Positions 1 through 10,704 of a DNA stretch of 64,000 bases are shown here, in pieces. The stretch's first letter is position 1. Every line of letters begins with the position of its first letter. Both the position numbers and the translations under genes were made by a program. The notes under the pieces were generated by a model. It ran no database searches, was not told the origin of the DNA, and was given only the letters and a program-made list of their open reading frames with translations. This DNA comes from Spirochaetales bacterium (GTDB lineage Bacteria; Spirochaetota; Spirochaetia; JAFGXN01). Where the stretch lies: positions 6,053-70,052 of the forward strand of contig JAFGXN010000141.1 in assembly GCA_016936615.1 (NCBI GenBank). The letters are read 5' to 3'.

Positions 1-176
1 ATCGGGAAACTTTGAAAGTAGATTTAAATACATACCCATTACTGCTTGGTACTCGCTATCAGACTTAGCCTTAGATTGTTGCTTCTGAGCCTTAATCAAA
101 ATCGTCTCAGCATCAGATCCTTCAGCAATCTCGGTGTCAATTGTACTACAAGAAAAAAGTACAATCAGTAAAATCA
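1..176 (-). CDS. Lipoprotein, N-terminal part only (gene runs off the window start)
   Basis: Minus-strand ATG near 174-176 gives MILLIVLFSCSTIDTEIAEGSDAETILIKAQKQQSKAKSDSEYQAVMGMYLNLLSKFPD..., a signal peptide with an LFSC lipobox. It is open to position 1. Confidence 0.4.
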
Positions 177-184
177 TAAAAAAA

Positions 185-514
185 CTAATATTGCGTAGCT
201 GCATCATATTCAACATCCTCTGTAGGTAATTCCCTTTTCAACTCTCGCAGAAATTCTTTCTCACTCCCCATAGGAATATATGAGTCACAAGTTGGCTCCT
301 TTCGTCGTACTACAGTAAAATACTTATAATACTTCTCTCCGCCATTTTTCTTTTTCCACTTTCCTGCAGCGCATCTAACCCTAAGCCTAAATCGCTCCGC
401 AGTGCCTTCTACTCTTATTAACTTACAATTTTTGCAATTTGCGCAGTAAACTTTTTCTTCTTGATTTTGCTGTTCTGAGTCACCAAGCAAAACGCTGTCG
501 TTAGCGTCTGCCAT
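185..514 (-). CDS. Small Cys-rich (CxxCxxC zinc-ribbon-like) protein of unknown function
   Basis: 109 aa ORF with a perfect SD (AAGGAGG) 5-6 nt upstream of the ATG. The motif YCANCKNCK plus two more Cys. It lies directly upstream of the partial lipoprotein gene on the same strand. Confidence 0.5.
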   Translation of the reverse strand: MADANDSVLLGDSEQQNQEEKVYCANCKNCKLIRVEGTAERFRLRVRCAAGKWKKKNGGEKYYKYFTVVRRKEPTCDSYIPMGSEKEFLRELKRELPTEDVEYDAATQY

Positions 515-540
515 TGTTACCTCCTTAAATACTTAAGTAT

Positions 541-579
541 ATGTTAAAATAAAAATCCCTCCTAGTCAACGGAGGGATT
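541..579 (-). terminator. Rho-independent terminator downstream of glgP
   Basis: 9-bp GC-rich stem AATCCCTCC / GGAGGGATT with an 8-nt loop. On the minus strand it is followed by TTTATTTT. Confidence 0.5.
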
Positions 580-585
580 ATAAAA

Positions 586-3114
586 TTATTGCTTTTTCGC
601 CTCATCTATGGTGTTTTGAGGTGTAATATCTGTCTTTAGCCTCAGCGATTTAACATTCCAGATCTCCTCCGCATACTGAGAGATAGTTCTGTCTGAAGAA
701 AACTTCCCAGAAGTAGCAACATTCATAATAGCCTTTTCATACCATCTACCCTTATCTTTATACAAAAGCCCTGCCTTTGTCTGAGTATCTGCATACGACC
801 GAAGATCAGCTAAATGCAAATACTGATCATAAGGGTTCTTTAAACTAGCAAGAATATCTTCAAAAATTCCTGGCTCACCAAAATTAAAGTGCCCTGACTC
901 AATAAGATCTAACGCCTGCTTAATCTCAAGGTCATTATAGTAATATGACATAGGATCATACTGGGATTTTTCGAGAGCTACCTCTTCTGCATTAAGACCA
1001 AATAGGAAGATATTATCCATTCCAGCCTCTTCAGCAATCTCAATATTTGCTCCATCGTATGTACCAAGAGTTAAAGCCCCATTACACATAAACTTCATAT
1101 TTCCAGTACCAGAAGCCTCAGTCCCCGCAGTAGAAATCTGCTCTGAGATATCAGAAGCTGGAAAGATCTTCTCAGCCAACGAGACCCTATAATTTGGTAA
1201 AAAGTGTACTCGAAGTAAATCTTTAACATCTTTGTCCTTATTTACAACCCCAGAAATATTATTTATCAACTTGATTATCTGCTTAGCCATCTTATAACCT
1301 GGTGCAGCTTTTCCTCCAAACAAGAATGTTCGAGGATGCATATCTTGGTCTAATCCAGATTTTATTCTATTGTAAATTATTATTATATTAAGAGCATTCA
1401 GCAACTGACGTTTGTATTCATGAATTCTCTTCACTTGAACATCAAAGATCGAATCGGTATTAAGGCTAAACCCATTATACTTCTGTAAATAATCAGAAAA
1501 CTTTTGTTTATTTTGTTGCTTAACAGCTGCAAACTTCTCTACAAACTCTTTATCTGTCGAGAACTTTTTCAATTTCTGAAGCTTTGGCATATCAGTTATC
1601 CAACTATCGCCAATTGTCTCGGTAATCAAATCTGCAAGAGGAGGATTCGCCTTTAATAGCCATCTTCGCTGAGTAATTCCATTTGTCTTGTTATTGAATC
1701 TCTCAGGAAAATACTCTGCAAACTCAGGAACTAACCTGGATTTTAACAACTCAGTATGAATTGCAGCAACACCATTTGTAGAATGAGATCCAACAATACA
1801 AAGATTTGCCATCCGCACCTGCTTCTCTGGCCCTTCCTCAATAATACTCATTGACTTTAACTTCTCAGGATTAGCTGGATAATGAATACAAATCTTCTCC
1901 AAAAATCTATGGTTAATCTCATATACAATCTGAAGATGTCGAGGAAGAACCTTCTCAAACATATGAACTGGCCACTTCTCTAATGCCTCAGGCATCAATG
2001 TATGATTAGTATAACCAAAAGTCTTAACAACAATATCCCACGCTGCATCCCAGCTCAAATGCTCAAAATCTATCAATATTCTCATCAACTCAGGAATAGC
2101 CAAAGACGGATGAGTATCATTTAACTGAATAGCTGCCATATTTGGAAATTCCTTCCATGGTTTGTTGGCTTTCTTAAATCTTCGAACAATATCCCACAGA
2201 GAACAAGCAACAAAAAAGTACTGCTGTTTAAATCTCAGCTCTTTTCCCAAATACAATTTATCATTTGGATAAAGAACCTTTGTCAAATTTTCCGCAAGAA
2301 CCTTATCCTTTACAGCCTCAACATAATCTCCCTCATTAAACTCACCAAAATTAAACTCCTCACCAGCCTTAGAACTCCAAAGCCTCAAGGTATTAACAGT
2401 TGTTCCTTTAAATCCAACAACAGGCGTATCATAGGCAATACCAATTACCTTCTCTGCACCTATCCAATTATGCTGAACCTTTCCCGCAATATGAACCTGT
2501 TCGACATATCCACCAAACTGAACCTCAATCTCCATGTCAGACCGTTCAATCTCCCAAGGATTTCCCTTACGAAGCCACTCGTCAGGCTGCTCAACTTGGT
2601 GTCCATTGATAATCTCCTGTCTGAAAATTCCATAGTCATATCTCAATCCATATCCATAGGCAGGAATATCTAGACTAGCCATTGAATCAAGAAAACAAGC
2701 AGCTAATCTTCCAAGACCACCATTTCCTAGCCCGGCATCTTGCTCCTCTTCTCTCAATTCTTCCCAATTATAACCAAAATCAGTCAAGACCTCTTTTACA
2801 ACATCTTCTAATTCAAGGTTGATAACATTATTACCCATTGCTCGTCCCATCAAGAATTCAAGAGACATGTAGTAGACTCGTTTTGTATCACTTTTATAAT
2901 GAGCCTGCTGTGTTGCCAGCCATCTATTTATTATTCTATCTCTGATAGTATAAGCCATTGAAAGATACTTATCATGAGGAGTAGCAATAAACCTATCCAC
3001 ACCACAAGTAAATCTCAAATGCTCTGCAAAACCCCACATAAGAGAATCTTCGTCACAGCCCTGCCTTGACAAAGAGATAAACTCTTTATCTTTATCTTTT
3101 TCTTTATTTGCCAT
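586..3114 (-). CDS. glgP: Glycogen/alpha-glucan phosphorylase
   Basis: 842 aa with the PLP-lysine motif EASGTGNMKF and full-length family-wide similarity (GT35 phosphorylase). GGAGG SD upstream. Confidence 0.92.
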   Translation of the reverse strand: MANKEKDKDKEFISLSRQGCDEDSLMWGFAEHLRFTCGVDRFIATPHDKYLSMAYTIRDRIINRWLATQQAHYKSDTKRVYYMSLEFLMGRAMGNNVINLELEDVVKEVLTDFGYNWEELREEEQDAGLGNGGLGRLAACFLDSMASLDIPAYGYGLRYDYGIFRQEIINGHQVEQPDEWLRKGNPWEIERSDMEIEVQFGGYVEQVHIAGKVQHNWIGAEKVIGIAYDTPVVGFKGTTVNTLRLWSSKAGEEFNFGEFNEGDYVEAVKDKVLAENLTKVLYPNDKLYLGKELRFKQQYFFVACSLWDIVRRFKKANKPWKEFPNMAAIQLNDTHPSLAIPELMRILIDFEHLSWDAAWDIVVKTFGYTNHTLMPEALEKWPVHMFEKVLPRHLQIVYEINHRFLEKICIHYPANPEKLKSMSIIEEGPEKQVRMANLCIVGSHSTNGVAAIHTELLKSRLVPEFAEYFPERFNNKTNGITQRRWLLKANPPLADLITETIGDSWITDMPKLQKLKKFSTDKEFVEKFAAVKQQNKQKFSDYLQKYNGFSLNTDSIFDVQVKRIHEYKRQLLNALNIIIIYNRIKSGLDQDMHPRTFLFGGKAAPGYKMAKQIIKLINNISGVVNKDKDVKDLLRVHFLPNYRVSLAEKIFPASDISEQISTAGTEASGTGNMKFMCNGALTLGTYDGANIEIAEEAGMDNIFLFGLNAEEVALEKSQYDPMSYYYNDLEIKQALDLIESGHFNFGEPGIFEDILASLKNPYDQYLHLADLRSYADTQTKAGLLYKDKGRWYEKAIMNVATSGKFSSDRTISQYAEEIWNVKSLRLKTDITPQNTIDEAKKQ

Positions 3115-3129
3115 AGTTTCCTCCAGTAA

Positions 3130-4431
3130 TTACATCCACTCTTTGTGTTCATCAACAATACTTATACAATAAGTATCGTGTATTTCTTTTGTAGATTTCA
3201 AGGATTCTAAAGCCTTATTTATATTTCCTTGAGTAGTTCTCTCAGTTGTGATAACAACTGGAATAATATCTGGATTTCTAGACTCTTTCTGAAGGACACT
3301 TGAGATTGAAATTGACTCATTCTCCATGATCTTTCCAATCTTAGCAAATACTCCAGGAACATTGTCAACCATAACTCTAAGATAATATCTCTCTTCAATC
3401 CTCTCTTCAGGTAGAAGAGTAGCTGCTTCAGTAAGATCTGGCCAAATTTTTAACTGACCAAAACGTGAATCACCTAGACCAATAGAGACAATATCTGAAA
3501 CAACTGCTGAAGCAGTTGGATTACCACCAGCACCTCGACCATAATACATTGTATGACCAACGCGACTGCCATAGACACTTACAGCATTAAAACTTCCAGA
3601 AACCCACGCAAGAGGGTGATCCTTCGAGATAAAAGCAGGACGAACGCGCAAAGACAATCCATCCTCCCTCTTTTCAGAGATAGCCAACAATTTAATGGTA
3701 TATCCTAACTCCTGTCCAAACTTCAAGTCGATTAAATTTAGATTATTGATACCAGTTACTGGAAATTCCTGCACTCCAACACTTTTTCCATATGCAAGAG
3801 AAGAGAGAATCGCCAACTTATGGGCAGAATCATGACCACTTACATCTAGAGTTGGATCTGCCTCGGCAAGACCATCAGCCTGAGCCTGCTTCAAAACCTC
3901 ATCATACTTCTTACCCTTATCAATCATCTCAGAAAGGATAAAATTACAGGTTCCATTCACAATTCCGTAAATAGCCCTATTCTCATTCGCAATCAACCCA
4001 TCATACAAGGCCCTAACAATCGGTATTCCGCCCCCACAGCTAGCCTCAAACGCAACTGAGACACCGTTGTCTCTCGCAATCTTAAACAGTTCTGCTCCCT
4101 TCTTCGCAAGTAATGCCTTATTCGCAGTAACAAGATTCTTGCCAGCCTTCAGAACCTGCACAGAGTAATCGAAGGCAAAAGTAGTTCCGCCAACTAACTC
4201 GACAACAAGATCTATCTCTTTGTCATTAATAATCGTATCAAAACTCTGCGCAAAATAATCAGAAGTAATTCCTAACTCAATACCTTTCTGAAAATCCTTA
4301 GCAAAGATATATTTTAAATTATATTCAATTCCCGTTCTCTTGGTTATCTGATCTTTATCTCTAATTAAAATATCAGCAGTATAAGAACCTACTGTACCAC
4401 ACCCAATAATTGCAACATTAAATTTTTTCAT
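3130..4431 (-). CDS. hom: Homoserine dehydrogenase
   Basis: NAD-binding GCGTVGS motif plus a C-terminal ACT-like domain. The ORF-track start at 4452 is preceded by no SD, but AAAGGAG sits 7 nt before the internal ATG (MKKFNVAIIGCG), so the start is moved 21 nt downstream. Confidence 0.8.
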   Translation of the reverse strand: MKKFNVAIIGCGTVGSYTADILIRDKDQITKRTGIEYNLKYIFAKDFQKGIELGITSDYFAQSFDTIINDKEIDLVVELVGGTTFAFDYSVQVLKAGKNLVTANKALLAKKGAELFKIARDNGVSVAFEASCGGGIPIVRALYDGLIANENRAIYGIVNGTCNFILSEMIDKGKKYDEVLKQAQADGLAEADPTLDVSGHDSAHKLAILSSLAYGKSVGVQEFPVTGINNLNLIDLKFGQELGYTIKLLAISEKREDGLSLRVRPAFISKDHPLAWVSGSFNAVSVYGSRVGHTMYYGRGAGGNPTASAVVSDIVSIGLGDSRFGQLKIWPDLTEAATLLPEERIEERYYLRVMVDNVPGVFAKIGKIMENESISISSVLQKESRNPDIIPVVITTERTTQGNINKALESLKSTKEIHDTYCISIVDEHKEWM

Positions 4432-4497
4432 CGCATTACTCCTTTTAGACAATATATCATATTTATACTATATAAAATTTTATATAAAAAATCTATC

Positions 4498-5628
4498 CTA
4501 ATTTATCGGTCTACTATTCTGCCATCGAATTATTTCAGATTCCAAGTTCAAAGTAGTGTTTCCCCTTAAATTTTCAAATATCCAATCTACAAGAACCTGC
4601 TCGTACAGATCATTTAAATTCTCAGCAACTGGATAGACAACGCGAATATCCTCATCAAATGGAATCCTATTATTTAATTCAGGGAAAAACTCCGGATACA
4701 ACTTCTGCGAAACATCCATAACTGATGAAAATCCACCAAACAGCCCAAAATCCTCTTTTCTATTCTTTTGTCCAAGAAAAAGCAACTTGCTCTGTGTCTC
4801 ATAATCCAACAACCACTCCAAAAAAGCAAATGCTGCTACGGAATTCTCTGCAGAATCTGGAACACCAGCATAGACCGCATTTGAACCTACAGTAATCTTC
4901 CCCTCATTCTTAATCCAAGCATAACTCAACTTATCCTTATAAAATTTAGGAATTTTATTGTAAAAATTAAAATTCTCCGCAACTGAATTTACCTTGCGGC
5001 TATTTAAGATATACAAATATTTAGAAGTATTCTCAAGATCCTCATACAGAATAGGATTTGACTCATACACAACTTTAATATCGTCTAAAGTCTTCTCTGC
5101 TATCAGAGTCAAATCTTTCTTAAAAGAGTTCTCATTCAAAAGAAAAAAAGCAAACTTCCTTGATATCAATATATCTGAATCCTCTGCAAGACAATCAGCT
5201 AATGAAAAAAAACCATCATCCAACCGTAGCGAAGAATCCTTTGAATAGATCAAACAAGGAATAGAAAAAGCCATAGGAACAACCTTGATACGAGAACCAA
5301 ATTGCCCCTGTTTAAGCAAATCAGAATAGAAAAAATCTTCGTTCATATTATTTTTGGACAAGAATTTATTCATCGACTTCATCTTCTGCATCGTCTGAGG
5401 ATTATTAAGCTCACGACCAATAACAAGATCTACGCGTGAAGCCTCTTTCACCACTGATCTTGATGGAGACTCCTTGTAGACAATATTGATTTTATACCTA
5501 TCTTGACTCTTATTAAAGACATCTGCATACAATATCAGTTGATTCTGATCTGTCCAGACAGTGACAGAGGGGTCAGAACATGAGACAAAAATAATAGAAA
5601 ACAAGATAAAATAAATAAAATTTTTCAT
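4498..5628 (-). CDS. Hypothetical lipoprotein (376 aa)
   Basis: Signal peptide with lipobox FVSC. No recognisable catalytic motif. Confidence 0.5.
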   Translation of the reverse strand: MKNFIYFILFSIIFVSCSDPSVTVWTDQNQLILYADVFNKSQDRYKINIVYKESPSRSVVKEASRVDLVIGRELNNPQTMQKMKSMNKFLSKNNMNEDFFYSDLLKQGQFGSRIKVVPMAFSIPCLIYSKDSSLRLDDGFFSLADCLAEDSDILISRKFAFFLLNENSFKKDLTLIAEKTLDDIKVVYESNPILYEDLENTSKYLYILNSRKVNSVAENFNFYNKIPKFYKDKLSYAWIKNEGKITVGSNAVYAGVPDSAENSVAAFAFLEWLLDYETQSKLLFLGQKNRKEDFGLFGGFSSVMDVSQKLYPEFFPELNNRIPFDEDIRVVYPVAENLNDLYEQVLVDWIFENLRGNTTLNLESEIIRWQNSRPIN

Positions 5629-5704
5629 GATTTTAGATTACGTTTTTTTAGGATGGTTGTCAATCTTCAAAATAAATGATAAAAGCTATAAGGAGAAAAA
5701 TAAA

Positions 5705-6694
5705 ATGTACCTTTCCTATAATGAATATTTGCAAGAAAAATACAAAGCTAGAGTCTACAGAATCGGCGTAGATGCTGGTTTTAGTTGTCCAAATAGAAAA
5801 AATGGAAGGAACTCTAAAGGTTGCGCCTTCTGCGATGAGTTTGGTGCTAGAGCTGTATACATAAGAAATGAAGAACAGCAGAACCTCGAAATTGCAAATG
5901 AATTATCAAAAGGAAATCTAGAAAATTTCCCAGACAGCTACACAAAACACGGAATAGAGCTACAAATCAAAAGAGGAATAGAATTTTCCATAAAAAGATA
6001 TAAGGCAGAAAAATTTATCCTATATTTTCAGGCATTTTCAAACACAAATGCAGAACCTAAAATCCTCGAAGAGATCTACCAGCACGCACTTAACCAACAC
6101 AAATTCGAAGAATTCATAATATCTACACGACCTGACTGCATAACAGAAGAGATTGCGCAACTTTTACAAAGAATAAAAGAACAGAACAAGATCGAATTAT
6201 GGGTTGAACTCGGACTACAGACAGCAGATGACTCAATCCTCGAGAAAATAAATCGCGGACACAACTACTCAGACTTCCTCGACGCGTTTAACCTTCTCCG
6301 CAGCCATGGAATAAAGATCGCCACCCACCTGATAATCGGGTTACCAGGCGAAGATGATGCCTCTTTCAGAAGAACAATTAAATCTGTCGCACAACTCCAC
6401 CCCGAAGGGTTAAAGCTCCACAACCTACACATTGTAAAAAAGACAGCATTTGGACGACAATACCTGCGCGGAGGGAACATTGCGGCACCGTCGATGGATC
6501 GATACCTTGACAAAGTAATCTACATTGTCGAACAGATGCCGCAAGAGACAATAATTATGCGAGTAACCTGTGATACGCCACGTGACAAGCTTCTTGCACC
6601 TGCTCGAGACACAAAAAAAGTTGCATTTGTCCAACAATTAAAGGATCAAATGCAACTTCGTAACTCTTTTCAAGGCAAAGAATTCAAAAATTAA
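5705..6694 (+). CDS. Radical SAM protein, TIGR01212 (YhcC-like) family
   Basis: CPNRKNGRNSKGCAFCDEFG matches the TIGR01212 CPNxDG...GGCxFC signature. The real start is probably the ATG at 5705 (AAGGAG 9 nt upstream), not the track start 5627. Confidence 0.75.
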   Translation: MYLSYNEYLQEKYKARVYRIGVDAGFSCPNRKNGRNSKGCAFCDEFGARAVYIRNEEQQNLEIANELSKGNLENFPDSYTKHGIELQIKRGIEFSIKRYKAEKFILYFQAFSNTNAEPKILEEIYQHALNQHKFEEFIISTRPDCITEEIAQLLQRIKEQNKIELWVELGLQTADDSILEKINRGHNYSDFLDAFNLLRSHGIKIATHLIIGLPGEDDASFRRTIKSVAQLHPEGLKLHNLHIVKKTAFGRQYLRGGNIAAPSMDRYLDKVIYIVEQMPQETIIMRVTCDTPRDKLLAPARDTKKVAFVQQLKDQMQLRNSFQGKEFKN

Positions 6695-8001
6695 TCAAAT
6701 AATTTATCCGCTGCCTCAAAAATACAGTTATATAAATCTTCTATATTCTCTACATCTACACTTGAGAAAGCAACTCGAAGATATTTCTCCTGCAAACAGA
6801 TTGTTCCAATTCCATAATCTTGTAACAACTTCTTCCTCAACTCTTCTGCACTTCCATCAACAACAAAGTTCATAAAATATCCAGAATTAAAAGGTTGCGG
6901 AGTTAAAGCCTTCCCAGTAGTGCGTTTTGCAATAACCTCTTTTACCTTGTGGTATCTCTCTTTCAACAAAGCATCATAAGAAGCTCGCTCAGCCTCATAA
7001 CCTTCTGAATTAAGAGCTTTTAATAGAATATTCTGTGCTGGCATAGAAGAATTAGAGAATACACCTCGAAGACCACCTGCAACCTTCTTCGCAATAGCAT
7101 CATACTGTTTGTCAGACAATCCAGCACCACCGAAAGTTACAAAGCCAACTCTGAAACCCCAGACAAAATGCTCTTTTGTAGGACCATCAACCTTCACTGC
7201 TAGAATATTTTCATCAAGGCTTGCTAACTCAGCAAAAATAGATTGCTTGTAAGTCTCTTCTTCATAAAAAAGACCAAAATACGCATCATCAACTATAGCA
7301 AGAATCTTAAGACCTTTCTGTGCAAGAGCCTTAAATCCAGCCTTAACCTTTGCTACCTCTTCACAACTAGGAGAGTATCCAGTTGGGTTATTTGGAAAGT
7401 TTAATATTACATAAACCTTTCCATCAACAGCAGATTCTTCCATACACTTAAGAAGTCCATCGACATTTAGACCGCCATTTTCTGAGAAAAATTCAAATAA
7501 AACAACATCAGCCTCATTCTTCTCAGTAAAAATAAGATCATAATTCTCCCAATACATATTAGGAATAACAATCTTTTTTCCTTTTTCAAGAAAAAAATCA
7601 CCAATCTGAGATATTCCACCAGTCAACCCTGGAACAACCAAAGGAAGAGAAAGCTCTACTCCATTTAGCCCTGGATTCTTTCTGTATATCTCCTCTTTCC
7701 ACTTATTTCTAAGAGCAAGAACACCAGGAGAAGGCGCATAAGAGACAGTCTCAGCTGGAGTTAAACCTGGAAGCATAGCTTTAACAGCTGAATGCTCTAT
7801 TGGAGTTCGATTAGAGACAGCCATTCCAACAGTCGCATTATATCTCTTTGCTAACTGAGCCGCCTCACCAGACTGTGCAACAATTCCATTTACAGGAAAG
7901 AACATTCTCTTTCCGTAATCCGACAACAGTTCGAAGGCAGCAGTGCCTTTGAGAATTTCATTTAATCCAATTGCTAGTTCGTTCATACAAAAAGTAAACA
8001 A
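6691..8001 (-). CDS. Class I/II PLP-dependent aminotransferase
   Basis: NNPTG motif and a PLP-lysine block DGPTKEHFVWGFRVGFV. The exact substrate class cannot be called from sequence alone. Confidence 0.65.
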   Translation of the reverse strand: MFTFCMNELAIGLNEILKGTAAFELLSDYGKRMFFPVNGIVAQSGEAAQLAKRYNATVGMAVSNRTPIEHSAVKAMLPGLTPAETVSYAPSPGVLALRNKWKEEIYRKNPGLNGVELSLPLVVPGLTGGISQIGDFFLEKGKKIVIPNMYWENYDLIFTEKNEADVVLFEFFSENGGLNVDGLLKCMEESAVDGKVYVILNFPNNPTGYSPSCEEVAKVKAGFKALAQKGLKILAIVDDAYFGLFYEEETYKQSIFAELASLDENILAVKVDGPTKEHFVWGFRVGFVTFGGAGLSDKQYDAIAKKVAGGLRGVFSNSSMPAQNILLKALNSEGYEAERASYDALLKERYHKVKEVIAKRTTGKALTPQPFNSGYFMNFVVDGSAEELRKKLLQDYGIGTICLQEKYLRVAFSSVDVENIEDLYNCIFEAADKLFD

Positions 8002-8017
8002 ATTTTATTACACTTTG

Positions 8018-9079
8018 TCAATTAGATTTTTTTACAAATTCATAATAATTCTCCAACTTTGTTGCAGTTTCTCGCAACAAATCAAACTTAGAATGCTTAT
8101 AAGCAAAGACCATTTGCGTTAAAATTTCAATGTATTCATTTTCAGCCCTATTTATATGCTTGATTTTTTCATTATTTAAATAACTTGTTACATTTATTGA
8201 ATAAATCAAAATAGATTGAAGTAGGGCTTTTTTTGACATCCACGACATACCTAAATTCGTCCCTTTCAGTAATTTCTCAAGATAATTCACTGCAGAATCA
8301 CCTAATGACAAAATATCCACAATATCTATCTTTGGAATAGCCCCTTTCTCTATATCAAAAAGCACTGGAGCTGGAGAAGCATTTATATTGTAAGGACAAG
8401 AATCCTGGCAGAACATACACCCATAGATAAATCTATCACGCGAGACAATCTCTTCAAGAGAGAGAGCTCTCTCCTCCACAATTGAATTCTGAAAACAGCG
8501 CTGACGGTCAAATCCCGAAGCAGAAGAAATTGCAGCAGCAGGACACACCTCCGAGCAGATTGTACAATCTCCACACATCGAATCTAAAATCTCCCCATTA
8601 AATAAATAATCATCAAGATCCTCATCATTTGGAAGAATAAAGCCTCCAATCAAAAACTTTGACCCGCAATCAGGATGGATTAGCAATGAGTTTTTCCCAA
8701 TAAAGCCTAGACCCGAGGACAAACCGAGAAATTTCTCAGGTAGCCTTGAATTTGCAAAGAATCTAACGTCAGATTTTGTCAAATACTTCGACTCTCGATA
8801 TTCACGAGTCATAGCCTTCAACCGCACAACAATCTCCCTGTAGTAATTTTTCCTAGAGAAAGGGGCAACAATCTCATCAAGAAAAACCCTGCCCTGTGAA
8901 AAAAAAGAATAATCTTCTGGAAAAAATGCCGATACTATAAAGACAAGCTTATCCGAATTAGCAAGCTGAAGAATTTCTTCATCACTACTATTGAATTGGC
9001 TCAACTCTTTTGCTGGAATAGCGTTACAAGAGGAGAAACCATAACTGAAGTAGTCAAAAGGAAATTTTTTAGTTGGCAT
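8018..9079 (-). CDS. queG: Epoxyqueuosine reductase-like 4Fe-4S protein
   Basis: Two ferredoxin-type clusters (CGDCTICSEVCP, CMFCQDSCPYN), a DUF1730-like N-terminus and a helical C-terminal extension. Size (353 aa) is typical of QueG. Confidence 0.55.
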   Translation of the reverse strand: MPTKKFPFDYFSYGFSSCNAIPAKELSQFNSSDEEILQLANSDKLVFIVSAFFPEDYSFFSQGRVFLDEIVAPFSRKNYYREIVVRLKAMTREYRESKYLTKSDVRFFANSRLPEKFLGLSSGLGFIGKNSLLIHPDCGSKFLIGGFILPNDEDLDDYLFNGEILDSMCGDCTICSEVCPAAAISSASGFDRQRCFQNSIVEERALSLEEIVSRDRFIYGCMFCQDSCPYNINASPAPVLFDIEKGAIPKIDIVDILSLGDSAVNYLEKLLKGTNLGMSWMSKKALLQSILIYSINVTSYLNNEKIKHINRAENEYIEILTQMVFAYKHSKFDLLRETATKLENYYEFVKKSN

Positions 9080-9186
9080 ACAAAAATATTGTATATTATT
9101 TTTCGGAAATAGTGTATATTAAAAAAGTTGACATAAGCTGCTTTTTTAAATAGATTTATAATGGGCTTTTACTACAGGAAAACACA

Positions 9187-10704
9187 ATGGCATTTTTAGA
9201 TGATTTTTTAACAAAGATTTCAGGACTCTTTTCGCCAGAAAGTGGCAAACCAGGCAAAAAAGAACTAAAACAACTTGCAAAATCAATAAAAAAGAATAAA
9301 TACAACTTCTACCGCCCACGAATAAACGAGGTAGACCCTAATCTAGCAAAATTCCTCTATCAAATATACAGATTCACAGGACCATTGCACAAACCTCTTG
9401 AAAGATATGACTCATCCGAAGCAATCAAACAGCTGATGGTAGACAGATATCTTCCTGAAGATGTACTAGAAATGAAATCAACATTTTCAGAATCTTCTAT
9501 AAGAATAATGTTTCAAACTAACAACTCAAATATTGTAATGAACCAATTGAAGAAGAATTTCGCGGCATTTAAGAAGATGATAGGCAAAAGTGGAATGCAA
9601 GAGATAAACCACAACTACAGAGCTCTTCTCTCTTTTATTGCGCTAGTGAAATTTGATCTCTACTATGTCTTGAAAAAATTCGATCCAAAGTTACCAGAAC
9701 TTGATTTCGTGTACAAGACAAGATTCGAACCAATAATTGGTCAAAAGATTGTCGACGATATGAAAGATTTCTTAGCAATAATATACAATATTGAGCCAGC
9801 AACAGATTGGGCAGAGATCTTTACATTTATCAACGAGTACCGAGGCTCAGATGTAATACAGGACTCAGGCTGGAAAAAGATCCTAAAAAGCATCGAAGAT
9901 ATAAAAAAATCCAGAATTCTTGAGATGATGATAAGTCTTATTGACGAGGATCCAAACTTCACTGTGAAGACCTTCCCTGCAAAAGAGAATATAGTAGCAA
10001 CATATGTCGATAAAGAGGGAAATGAACTACAAAAAAACCTAAAAAATATTATCTCCGAGAAGAAAGATTCTAATATAAATGAATTTGTGAAGCGTATATT
10101 TGGAAAGATTCCACCAAACAGGGTAAAATACTACAGCGACAAACTGAATGAGGCTATTCTAGCTAAATCAGAGACAGGGTTCATCTACAAGGGTGCAATA
10201 AATTTTCTTAAATCATTTTTTCTAGATTTTCTTAAAAAAGATATACGAGAGGTATCAAATATCTACCTGATCAGAGGAAAATGGTTCTCAACAGTAACAA
10301 GCCAGAACTTCTCAGATTGTTTCCACAGATTGCTAGAACTCTCTGATGAATTAATGGAGTTTGATAACTCACTAAGCGAAGAGTTCAGGCGTGGCGCTGC
10401 GATCAAGGCATACACTAAGCTTTCTGAACGAGATAAATCTGGTGCAGCAATTCTTGAGAGAATAGTCAAAGAGATAAACGAGGAAGCAAAACAGATTGTT
10501 GTAGAATCGGCGCAAAACCTAATAAATCTTGCAAGAATACTCAAAACCGTAATCGAAGACAGCAAGCTTAAGACTCACAAATACATTAACAACTGGAAAG
10601 AGTTAGAGCAAGCACACAAAGGCGACCTTGTTGAAGATAGTATGGAAGTCTATAGAAAAATCTACGACATGGTCAAACTTCTCCAGCTATACATCGCAAA
10701 GTAA
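9187..10704 (+). CDS. Hypothetical soluble protein (505 aa), predicted all-helical
   Basis: Clean ORF with an ATG start and no recognisable motifs. Its stop overlaps the next gene start (TAATG). Confidence 0.5.
   Translation: MAFLDDFLTKISGLFSPESGKPGKKELKQLAKSIKKNKYNFYRPRINEVDPNLAKFLYQIYRFTGPLHKPLERYDSSEAIKQLMVDRYLPEDVLEMKSTFSESSIRIMFQTNNSNIVMNQLKKNFAAFKKMIGKSGMQEINHNYRALLSFIALVKFDLYYVLKKFDPKLPELDFVYKTRFEPIIGQKIVDDMKDFLAIIYNIEPATDWAEIFTFINEYRGSDVIQDSGWKKILKSIEDIKKSRILEMMISLIDEDPNFTVKTFPAKENIVATYVDKEGNELQKNLKNIISEKKDSNINEFVKRIFGKIPPNRVKYYSDKLNEAILAKSETGFIYKGAINFLKSFFLDFLKKDIREVSNIYLIRGKWFSTVTSQNFSDCFHRLLELSDELMEFDNSLSEEFRRGAAIKAYTKLSERDKSGAAILERIVKEINEEAKQIVVESAQNLINLARILKTVIEDSKLKTHKYINNWKELEQAHKGDLVEDSMEVYRKIYDMVKLLQLYIAK

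Noticed and set aside
2470-2673. Many short ORFs in the track lie antisense to or inside long genes. Examples: 2470-2673, 4994-5248, 6076-6637, 8383-8574, 9741-10565, 10735-11338, 11739-12409, 12472-12759, 13460-15661, 16585-16938, 18140-18454, 19942-20157, 21937-22248, 22456-22818, 23537-23722, 24421-24900, 25383-26190, 28295-28582, 29319-30104, 30795-31073, 32394-32597, 35495-35701, 37519-38342, 38926-39141, 39518-39865, 41182-42830 internal ones, 43062-43901, 45175-45399, 47104-47328, 48501-48990, 49283-50097, 52204-53619, 53857-54159, 55595-56674, 57060-58121, 58985-59203, 59965-61110, 62149-62337 and 63437-63892.
   Set aside because: They are embedded in or antisense to much longer ORFs with clear family signatures. 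They lack SDs and have low-complexity or biased composition typical of shadow ORFs. Their density rises where GC is high, as expected for chance ORFs.
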